NCBI RefSeq assembly: GCF_006345805.1 | Contig: NW_021827974.1 | Coordinates: 1 to 9,402, forward strand | Origin: Octopus sinensis | Taxonomy: Eukaryota | Length of the DNA stretch: 9,402 bases | Reading direction: 5' to 3' | Shown here: piece by piece, positions 1 to 7,771 of the stretch | Layout of the letters: each line of letters opens with the position of its first letter | Numbering within the stretch: the stretch's first letter is position 1 | Notes under the pieces: model-generated | Told to the model about the DNA's origin: nothing | The model's database searches: none | The model's input: only the letters and a program-made list of their open reading frames with translations | Made by a program: the position numbers and the translations under genes

Positions 1-638
1 TGAAATATTTACCGTTTTTTAAGGTCATTTTCACTTTAAAATGTTTTTTTAATATGCCAAACAAACTTTTGTAATGGTATTCACCTGAAAATAACTATTT
101 AAAAAATTAAAATATTGTCTGTTTAAAGAAAGCTAAAATATAAATACTTACTCTACAAAAAACTTCTCTTTTTAAATCACATTCACTTAAAAATATTTCT
201 AAATGAATAAAATATTGTGTTTATGAAAAGCGAAGATAGAAACATTTACTGTAAAAACTGCTCGTATTTTCTTGTTGGCAAGTTAAAGTTACTAAGACTT
301 TTGCTCATCATAATGTGTCTAATCGAAAGGTTAGATTTTCTTCTCTTTCAGGGTTAGATTATTTTCGGAGTATTTTCCCATTATACACCGTTTTAGGTAT
401 TTATCCCACACACCCCATATCTCAAGAACCAGTGATCCGATTTACGCGAAACTTGTTTTATTCCGTTTGTATTCACAGTTCAGGGTCATTTTACTTTGAA
501 GTATTTTATTATTATGCGCCGGTTTGGCTGTGTAACATTCCAAGCAAGCAAGATTGAAGTTCATTTTTATATTTTTAATAGTATATATAATATATATATA
601 TAATGTAATCGTGGGTTTCGCGTCTATTATGCTCTTAG

Positions 639-768
639 GCGATTCATCAGACATGCAAACCGGGGGCACAGAACCACTTTACTGGTGGAGATTAGAAACA
701 GCCTTGGTTAGACAAGGAAAAAAGAAAAATCCTGAAACGATATTCTTCGAAGTGAAATCCCCTTTTGG
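639..768 (+). other. Candidate host-gene internal exon (130 nt), unassigned
   Basis: Acceptor-like tatgctcttAG (637-638) and donor GG|GTGAGA (769-774). One frame is open throughout (DSSDMQTGGTEPLYWWRLETALVRQGKKKNPETIFFEVKSPF). About 43% GC against about 22% in the first 60 nt of the window. No protein family recognised, and the minus strand also has acceptor-like sites here. Confidence 0.2.
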
Positions 769-1029
769 GTGAGATAATTTTATCTCTCTTGACTGGTTCC
801 AGTTTTGTCTGAAAAGGGTCAGATTATGTATGATTTCTATTCACTAGTTAGTAAGCGGAGAATTACATGTTCTCAATACGAATTTTCTCTCACAATGGCA
901 CTGACTGAACGCTTCACTTCTGGAACTTTTAACATGGCTACTCAAAAAGTATTTTTCGTGTGTTCTCTTTTTCGGACTTACGAACAACTCAGCGATGTTA
1001 TATCTGTGTATGAGTGCGCACGCGACGCG

Positions 1030-1104
1030 TGTGTGTGTATGTGGTGTATGTATGCATGTGTATATATATATATGTGTGTGTATATGTATATCTATGTATG
1101 TATA
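1030..1104. repeat. Compound (GT)n/(AT)n/(TATG)n microsatellite
   Basis: Directly visible alternating purine-pyrimidine tract. Confidence 0.9.
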
Positions 1105-1188
1105 TTCTGTTATTCTAACACTTTTTCGGTCATTTGACTGCGACCATGCTGGAGCGCCTCACAGGGATTTTAGTCTCAGAAATCGACC
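1105..1188 (-). mobile_element. 3'-end fragment of an octopus-type SINE (same family as 1191-1556), inverted
   Basis: The reverse complement of 1135-1188 aligns ungapped to 1502-1555 at 47/54. It continues into an A-rich tail (caaatgaccgaaaaagtgttagaataacagaat). Confidence 0.8.
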
Positions 1189-1190
1189 AT

Positions 1191-1319
1191 CTTGCTGACC
1201 AACGACATGATTCTGTGTACAGACCCACTGCACGGCATCTTGGTCAGATGTCTTCTACTCTAGCTTCGGGCTGACCAAAGATTTGTGAGTGGATTTGGTA
1301 GATGGGAACTCAAAGAAGC

Positions 1320-1356
<37 letters not shown>

Positions 1357-1556
1357 TTATGTTTGTGTATCTTTATGTCTGAGTTTGTCCCCCAACCATC
1401 GCTTGACGCCCGATGTTGGTTTGTTTACGTCCTTGTATCATAGCAGTTCGGCCAAAGACACCGATAGGATAAGTAGAAGGCTTACAAAGAATAAGTCCTG
1501 GGTTCGATTTCTGAGACTAAAAACCCTTTGTGGCCCTCCACCATGGCCGCAGTCAT
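1191..1556 (+). mobile_element. 5'-truncated tRNA-derived octopus-type SINE with internal (AT)n
   Basis: Degenerate B-box region (gtgtacagaccc), then cttggtcagatgtcttctac...gtgagtggatttggtagatgg...aaagaagccc, an internal microsatellite, and the 3' body tttgtcccccaaccatcgcttgac...aataagtcctggg...catggccgcagtca. This matches a high-copy octopus SINE as I recall it. The family name is not verified. Confidence 0.75.
1325..1354. repeat. (AT)15 microsatellite inside the SINE
   Basis: Perfect AT dinucleotide run. Confidence 0.95.
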
Positions 1557-1580
1557 GTGTGTATGTATGTATGTATGTAT
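1557..1580. repeat. (GT)/(TATG)n microsatellite at the SINE 3' end
   Basis: gtgtgtatgtatgtatgtatgtat, directly visible. Confidence 0.9.
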
Positions 1581-1992
1581 CTGTTATTTCACAATGTAAT
1601 GAGAAATCTAAAGTTACAACATCTATATTATTGGTTCAGATTTCAACTAATAATTATCAAAAGAATTGGTTAAATGACTAGCTACCTCGATATCAACAAT
1701 CTTGAGAATCTACGCGCCGCGACCAATGTGGGAGGCCGATCGTATTTTTTATATTTATATATACTTATATTTCTATGTTTTTATCATCTATGTCTTAATA
1801 TAAATATGTGGTTATTTGAATGGAATAATATCTCATGTCATACATCTGAATTATGAATTTGCTTGTCTGAATGTTTAAGACAAATATCTGAAATTTTTAT
1901 CTTATACCAAATTTTATTAATCTTTAGCACATATACGAGTGTAAAAACACTTGTACTCTTTATCTCCATTAAAATTCTCGTATTCTATATGG

Positions 1993-1997
1993 TATAT

Positions 1998-2043
<46 letters not shown>

Positions 2044-2081
2044 TAATATATATATATATATAATATATATATATATACATA
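1993..2081. repeat. Long interrupted (TA)n microsatellite
   Basis: About 90 nt of TA with a few phase shifts. Confidence 0.95.
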
Positions 2082-2109
2082 TCCTGTAAATCTTCACATA
2101 CATCCTCTA

Positions 2110-2153
2110 TACATACATACATACAATACATACATACATACTACATACATACA
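2110..2153. repeat. (TACA)n tetranucleotide microsatellite
   Basis: Interrupted TACA run that abuts the putative terminus of mariner B. Confidence 0.9.
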
Positions 2154-2217
2154 TTGGATTGGTAAAAAAGTTTGTAGCATTTTTAAATAAAATTTATTAA
2201 CAATATTTAGACAGTTG
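2154..2217 (-). mobile_element. Mariner B (mellifera-like): 3' UTR and degenerate 3' TIR, separated from its body by mariner A
   Basis: TTGGATTGGTAAAAAAGTTTG resembles the TTGGGTTGG... terminus of mellifera-type mariners (recalled). It lies where the 3' end of the minus-strand transposase fragment at 3512-3959 falls once element A is removed. The other TIR is missing, so it cannot be confirmed by pairing. Confidence 0.6.
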
Positions 2218-2219
2218 TA

Positions 2220-2256
2220 CGAGGGGCGTTCAATAAGTAATGCCTCTGACTCACTT
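2220..2256 (+). repeat. Left terminal inverted repeat of mariner A
   Basis: Reverse complement of 3473-3509 with 2 mismatches. Confidence 0.95.
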
Positions 2257-2386
2257 GCATTTGTTTGATCTAGCTGACATTTTGCATGTACAATTATTTA
2301 TATTTCTATAGATTAAGAGGCAAATTATAGCCCTGAACTAATTGTAGTTTCTCATTTACAAGTGTTTGAACTGAGTCAAGTGTGAA

Positions 2387-3436
2387 ATGGAGCATGTTGA
2401 GTGTTGAGCAGTGATCCGGTTTTTGTATTTGAAAGGACGCGCACCACGGGAGACTTTTGATAAAATGAAAGTAACTTATGGTGATGATGCCCCATCATAT
2501 GACCTTGTAAAACGCTGGCATCGTGAATTCAAACATGGTCGGAACTCTGTGGAAACAGCTCCCAGATCTGGTCACCCCCTTCTGCCATTGATAGGCATCT
2601 GTCCGTCAAGTTGAGGCTGCCATTTTGGAAGATCGACGCATAACTATTCGCCAAATAGCCCATGAGGTCAAGATTAGTACCGGGTCTGTGGAAACTATCA
2701 TTCATGACCATTTGCATATGCAAAAGGTGTCTGCCAGATGGATTCCCAGGTTGCTCACACCTTTCCAGAAGCAAGAACGCGTCGATTGCTCGAGGATGAA
2801 TTTGGAGATGTGCCAAGAAGATGAGTCAAAATTTTTCAAAATACTGATTACACAGGATGAAACCTGGGTCCATCACTATGATCCAGAGACCAAAGCCCAG
2901 TCAATGCAGTGGAAGTACCGTGACTCACCTCCTCCAAAGAAGGCAAGGGTGCAGCCCTCCGCTGACAAGGTCATGCTCACAGTCTTCTGGGACCAGGACG
3001 GAGTAGTGATGACAGATTTCCTGGCAAAGGGTGCCACAATTACAGGAGTCTTTTATGCTTCACTTTTGAGGAAATTAAGAGAAGCTATCAAAATCAAGAG
3101 GCGGGGCAAGATCAGCAAAGGCATCCTCCTCCTGCAGGACAACGCTCCGATTCACAACTCGCGTGTCGCCAGATCAGAAGCACAGGCGTGCGGCTATGAA
3201 CACATCCCCCATTCCCCCTACTCCCCTGACCTTGCACCTCTGATTTTCACCTCTTCCCAGCCATGAAGTTGTTTTTGAAAGGAAAGCGTTTCCCAGATGA
3301 TGCAGCCTTGATTTCTGAAGTCACGTCGTGGTTAGAGGACCAAGCTGGGATCTTCTACAAAAACAGTCTTCAGAGCTGCATCAAACGATGGAAGAAATGC
3401 GTAACTCTGGGTGGTTCCTATGTACAAAAAGACTAA
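2387..3436 (+). pseudogene. Mariner transposase pseudogene (about 350 aa when repaired)
   Basis: ATG at 2387. N-terminal HTH region (AVIRFLYLKG...VKRWHREFKHG...RSG.P), WIPRLL, TQDETW (D 2856-2858), LQDNAPIH (D 3138-3140), YSPDLAP[S]D (D 3242-3244, 34 residues after D2), ending KRWKKCVTLGGSYVQKD* at 3434-3436. Lesions: TGA at 2405-2407 and single-base losses at about 2576-2580, about 2592 and about 3237-3240. Confidence 0.95.
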
Positions 3437-3472
3437 TAACTGTTCCAAGTTTCGTTGCTCTACTGCTATGGG

Positions 3473-3509
3473 AAGTGGGTCAGGGGCATTACTTATTGAA
3501 CGCCCCTCG
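3473..3509 (-). repeat. Right terminal inverted repeat of mariner A
   Basis: aagtgggtcaggggcattacttattgaacgcccctcg followed by TA. Confidence 0.95.
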
Positions 3510-3511
3510 TA

Positions 3512-3959
3512 CATACTTTTACCGAACCACATACTTAACATGTTTTGTTCCACTACTTTTCGCTACATTTGAAGCAGCTTCGTGATCCAATCCTCCCAGA
3601 ACTTGGCATCTTTCTGGGTCATGAGCTGATCTAAGTAGTTTTTACACTCTTTTCAAGAAAATCAATTTCTTCTCATTAAGAGCATTTTGTAAGGATCGGA
3701 ATAAATGATAATACGAAGATGCAAGGGCAGGTGAGCACGGTGAGTAAATTAGGACATCCCATCCAAGCTCCACCAATTTTTGCCTGGTCTGCAAAGAAAC
3801 TTGCGGTCTTGCGTTGTCCTGATGTAAGATGACAACCTTTCGGTTGGCCAATTCTGGACGTTTTGCATCAATTGCCTCCGTTAATCAGGCTAATTGAGAA
3901 GATTAATTGTCTGAATTTAATAGTCTGATTTTGTGGAAGCAGCTCGTCCTACACAATGC
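3512..3959 (-). pseudogene. Mariner B: C-terminal half of a decayed mellifera-like mariner transposase
   Basis: Minus-strand reading across frameshifts and stops: IV*DELLPQNQTI..EAIDAKRPELANRKVVILHQDNARPQVSLQTRQKLVELGWDVLIYSPCSPALASSYYHLF...KFWEDWITKL..*RKVVEQN. The third D position (now Y) is 34 residues after D2. Inferred stop at 3519-3521. The 5' half is absent and a (TA)n tract starts at 3958. Confidence 0.9.
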
Positions 3960-4009
3960 ATATATATACATATATAAAAATATATAATAGCAGATATATG
4001 TATATGTAT

Positions 4010-4046
<37 letters not shown>

Positions 4047-4060
4047 TATATATATATATA
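3958..4060. repeat. Interrupted (TA)n microsatellite
   Basis: Directly visible. Confidence 0.9.
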
Positions 4061-4065
4061 ATGAT

Positions 4066-4311
4066 AGACTCTCCCATCGTCAGACGACGTATGAGCGTTC
4101 TACAATTTCTTACCGAACAACCAAAAAGATGATCCATCAGATCGATACTATCTGTACTGGTGTAACAGGTGTTACATGTTAGATGTCGAAATGATTTCAG
4201 AGCAACGTGAAATGAAGTGCTTTGCTCAAGAACACAACGCAACGCCTGGTCTGGGAATCGGACCCACGATGTCGCAATCGTGAGTACAACACCTTAACCA
4301 CTAAGCCAAGC
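4066..4311 (-). mobile_element. tRNA-derived SINE (minus strand)
   Basis: A box TGGCTTAGTGG (4308-4298) and B box GGTCCGATTCCC (4264-4253), then ttgtgttcttgagcaaagcacttcatttcacgttgctc and a non-tRNA body. The head is 74/103 identical (ungapped) to 4743-4845. Confidence 0.85.
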
Positions 4312-4385
4312 TATATATAATATATATATATATATATAATATTGTGTGTGTGTGTTGTGTGTGTGTGTGCGTGTGTGTGTGTGTA

Positions 4386-4444
<59 letters not shown>
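4312..4444. repeat. Compound (TA)n-(GT)n-(TA)n microsatellite
   Basis: About 40 nt of GT followed by about 26 TA units. Confidence 0.95.
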
Positions 4445-4447
<3 letters not shown>

Positions 4448-4504
4448 TTAGTATATGCATGTGTGCTCGTATATCACCTTATAGCTTCGTGAGAGCTTCA
4501 AAAA

Positions 4505-4541
4505 TGTATGTATGTGTGTGTGTGTATGTGTGTGTGTGTTT
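4505..4541. repeat. (TATG)/(GT)n microsatellite
   Basis: Directly visible. Confidence 0.85.
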
Positions 4542-4737
4542 ATGCACAGGGAAAATTGGACTTATTGTTTATGGAAGATGAATGGCCACGAGTCCTTTAT
4601 TTGCTAGACTTGCCAACATGATTCCGAGTCGCATTTGTTCATTGCATAATGTCTAAGTTCACTTAAATATAATGAAGTGATCCCAGTTCACTCAGGAATC
4701 TTCATCACTTTATAATCCATCAAGCGCTCCTGTCTCG

Positions 4738-4950
4738 AAGGAGCGTGACCTAGTGGACAGCGTATTGCACTCGCGATCTTATGATCGTGCTTTCGATTCC
4801 TAGACCGGGCGATCTGTTGCATTCTTGTGCAAAACATTTCATTTCGAAATGATTCTGTTGAGCATGCGGCGGACAAGTGTCCTATTCGGAGCGCAATCAA
4901 TTGCACATCATAGAAACCGGGTAAATGACTCCTAGGTCTTATGTCTCCTA
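4738..4950 (+). mobile_element. tRNA-derived SINE (plus strand) with a head related to 4066-4311
   Basis: A box TGACCTAGTGG (4746-4756) and degenerate B box GCTTTCGATTCC (4789-4800), then ttgcattcttgtgcaaaacatttcatttc. The 3' boundary is approximate. Confidence 0.75.
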
Positions 4951-5007
4951 GCCCTTACGGCTCCAAGGGCTCATGAGAGACCAAATCGTCACTATCGGGA
5001 TACGTAC

Positions 5008-5054
5008 AGAGTCTGGTGCTGTGTTTTCGTCTAAATCTCGTGACATCCCAGAAA
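5008..5054 (-). other. Candidate 47-nt host-gene exon
   Basis: Minus strand: polypyrimidine tract ttgttcgtttttttcccctggCAG|, a 47-nt exon, then donor |GTACGT. Two frames are open (SGMSRDLDENTAPDS and FWDVTRFRRKHSTRL). It lies in a stretch I cannot assign to a repeat. Confidence 0.3.
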
Positions 5055-5199
5055 CTGCCAGGGGAAAAAAACGAACAATGGTTTTGGACTGTCATTGAGT
5101 AACTTGTCTATGTTCTCAGTCCATAGATTTTGGGGCTCATTTCTATACATAGAACTGGACAATCCTTTATACTCACATTCAGGCATACAAACACGCACA

Positions 5200-5319
5200 T
5201 CTGCTTACATTTATGCACATGCATGTACACATGCATACAATATGCATCCGCACACACGCACACACGGACATAAATATGTATGCATTTATAAATTACACAC
5301 ATATACATATTTATATATA
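5200..5319. repeat. Degenerate (CA)n/(TA)n low-complexity tract
   Basis: Directly visible. It ends in the TA that flanks element C. Confidence 0.8.
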
Positions 5320-6607
5320 CAGGATGTTCAAAACGTCTCTCTGCAGTGAATGTTTTTCATCCTGCGCATGCGTAACTTGGCTATCCCTTTGTTGGTGGCT
5401 GTGTGTCAGCCATTGTCCCTCAGTCATTGTGTACCCTTCAGCGTGTCCACATGCTAACCATTGTAGATCGTACGTTTTTAGTTGAATGGGTGTTTCGAGC
5501 TGGAAACAACTACACAGATACTGTGAAACAGAAGGTCAGTGGAAATTTTTCAAATACTATTGTTCCACATCGTGACACTGCGCGGGATTTGAAAAGAAAA
5601 TTTGGAAACACAGGCTCAGTGGAAGACGCAGCAAGAAGCTGTAGGCCTACTGCCCTTTCAGATGAAACACTTCCCAATATTTCTGATAAACTGTTGGCAA
5701 GCCTGTCAAAGTCCTCATACAAATTGTCACAGGAAACGGAAATCAACCTAGGAAGTGCTCACATGGCAGCAAAACAGAAATTAAATTTCTTTCCCTACAA
5801 AAGAATTGAAGACTACGGATCATGCTAAAAGGCTTCATTATTGTCATTGGTTCCAAAACTTTGTTGCTGAAAAAGGCATAGAAGTGCTGGACGGGTGTTT
5901 TTACATCGATGGGGCTTTGTTTCATCTGTCGGGACACATAAATGCGCAAAACACAAAGTTATGGAGCACTGAGAATCCACACGCGACGCATGAGCAACCT
6001 CTGCATTTCGAAAAAGTTGAAGTATGGATAGCAATTTCGAGAAGCGCATTGTGGGACCGATATTTTCTGAAGACACCATCAACACCGAGAAATATTGTTC
6101 AAATATTGTCCATCCATTTGTAGTCCAACTCACTGATATTGAAATTAATAATGCATACTTTCAGCAAGTTGGAGCTACAGCACATACTTCGCGCATCACC
6201 ATGCCGCTACTTCAGGAGTTTTTCGGTGAACGGATTATTTCGAAGTGACTTTGTCCACCAAGATCACCTGATTTAACACCGCCAGAGTTTTTTTTTTTTT
6301 GCGGGGGGGGGGGGGAAAGTAAAAGATCAGTGTACAAGAATCGTCCGAAAACCATTAATGAGCTAAAAGACGCAATCATAACCTTCACACGGTCCATACC
6401 GCGTCAGACTCTCCAAGACGTATTTCAAAACGTATAGAACAGTCAACTTATATATTGAAAACGAAGGACGACACTTTCAACACCTCTTATAAAGTTTTTT
6501 TTTTAATTCTTGTAAAGTCTAACATATTCTTTTGTAGTCTTTATACCATCTTATAAATATGTTTTGCAATAAAATACTTACTACGGAGAGACTTTTTGAA
6601 TACACTG
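5320..6607 (+). mobile_element. Element C: full-length decayed Tc1/mariner-superfamily transposon, rosa (DD41D)-like (1288 bp)
   Basis: 28-bp TIRs CAGGATGTTCAAAACGTCTCTCTGCAGT (5320-5347) and 6580-6607 match 22/28. TA at 5318-5319. The right flank reads TG and merges into a (TG)n run. Internal transposase remnants. Confidence 0.9.
5451..6492 (+). pseudogene. rosa-like transposase pseudogene
   Basis: MLTIVDRTFLVEWVFRAG...KFGNTGSVEDAARS.RP (HTH region), FFPYK|ELKTTDHAKRLHYCHWF, YIDGALFHLSGHINAQNTKLWSTENPH (D 5908-5910), IVGPIF, YFQQVGATAHTS, CPPRSPDLTPPEFF, ending GRHFQHLL* at 6490-6492. Lesions: deletion plus frameshift at about 5801, -1 at about 6043, TGA at 6246-6248, homopolymer expansion at 6288-6315, frameshift at about 6435. 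Confidence 0.9.
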
Positions 6608-6720
6608 TGTGTGTGTGTGTATACAGGAAAAGAGGGGGATACGCACATGTACATATACATTTAAGTAAACATGTACATATGCGTGTGTGTGCATAATTAT
6701 GTATGTGGGGGTGTATATAT

Positions 6721-6783
<63 letters not shown>

Positions 6784-6959
6784 TTATGTATATATTTATA
6801 TCTGTACGTACGTATGTATGTTAGTATGTATGTATATGAGCGTAAGTAAGTACACACTGGGTATCAATACATTTTCAAAATAGAAAAATAATTTTAGAAG
6901 GTAGGGAACATAAAGCGAGACATATGTTACATTGTATTTCCTTGTGAATACATACACGT

Positions 6960-7007
<48 letters not shown>

Positions 7008-7308
7008 TGCACATTCATACAGATATATATTTAGAGGTATAATGTGTGTATACGTAATGAATACCCTATTACACACTCACACGTGTGTGTGTGTATATAT
7101 GAATCTATATATATATATATATATAATATACACCCACACCTATATATATATATATATATATATATTATTATATATATATACATATTATATACATGTATTT
7201 ATGTGTATATATATAGTAAAGAAAAAGAGTAATATACACATATACATATATATGATATATAAGATATAGATAAGTATACATGTATTATAGTCTACACTAT
7301 ATACACAC

Positions 7309-7361
<53 letters not shown>

Positions 7362-7570
7362 TATATATATATACGCATATACTTGTATGTTTGTATGGGT
7401 GTATAATATATATATAGATAGAGAGAGAGAGAGACAGACATATATATTCATATCTATATATATATATGTATGTATATATCTTTATACATGCATGTTTGTG
7501 TGTACGGGTGTTTGTGCGCGCATGTGTACATACACATACATATGTCTGTGTGTATGTACGTATATTTGCG
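6608..7570. repeat. About 1-kb low-complexity field of (TA)n, (GT)n, (CA)n, (TATG)n and (GA)n
   Basis: Includes (TA)n at 6714-6782 and about 7312-7357, (CA)n at about 6958-6975 and (GA)n at about 7420-7433. All ORFs called here are IY/CV/HT repeat artefacts. Confidence 0.9.
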
Positions 7571-7771
7571 TATGTACGTATTTACTTAAAAAGGCACAAA
7601 GAAGAACAGAATGAAAACTTTACACGGATGTTTGTGTGGGAGGATGTATATAATGTGGAGTAAGTGTCTGCGAGTGTATAAACGAATGACGCAACAAGCT
7701 CTCGAGACAATGACATGCAGACAATAGGTGCCTCTAGTCCTGCTTCACTGCTGATGTTTTGTCTGTGTGTA

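Larger units (their letters stand above)
2220..3509 (+). mobile_element. Mariner A: full-length DD34D mariner, irritans-like (1290 bp)
   Basis: 37-bp TIRs at 2220-2256 and 3473-3509 match 35/37 (CGAGGGGCGTTCAATAAGTAATGCC..., first 25 nt perfect). TA target duplication at 2218-2219 and 3510-3511. Internal transposase. The CGAGGGG TIR start and WIPRLL motif suggest the irritans (Hsmar2/Bytmar1-like) subfamily. Confidence 0.97.

Noticed and set aside
1-560. Weak direct similarities in the AT-rich start (taaaatattgt at about 108 and 208; ggtcatttt at 23 and 484; ggttagatt at 329 and 352) and an acceptor-like tttcAG at 350-351
   Set aside because: The matches are short and expected at this low GC content. 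There are no element boundaries and no good donor.
1580-1980. ORF 1674-1856 and a small CpG-rich patch (tacgcgccgcgaccaatgtgggaggccg)
   Set aside because: No splice signals, protein motif, TIR or partner sequence were found, so nothing supportable can be called.
2625-3266. 213-aa transposase ORF as an intact or domesticated (SETMAR-like) gene
   Set aside because: It starts at TTG, lacks most of the DNA-binding domain and the third catalytic D in frame, sits within TIRs with a TA duplication, and has no adjacent host domain.
4240-4810. tRNA-like sequences with A and B boxes
   Set aside because: They have no convincing cloverleaf or acceptor stem, the boxes are degenerate, and they continue into SINE bodies. 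They are SINE heads, not tRNA genes.
2529-6397. Antisense or alternate-frame ORFs over the transposases (2529-2816, 3328-3585, 3332-3553, 5510-5746, 5743-5949, 5825-6133, 6212-6397)
   Set aside because: These are shadow ORFs of transposase coding sequence with no independent motifs.
995-7663. Many 60-130 aa ORFs rich in IYIY, CVCV or HTHT (e.g. 995-1198, 1289-1681, 4342-4581, 5095-5485, 6519-7663)
   Set aside because: They are translations of dinucleotide microsatellites, which lack stop codons in some frames. They are not proteins.
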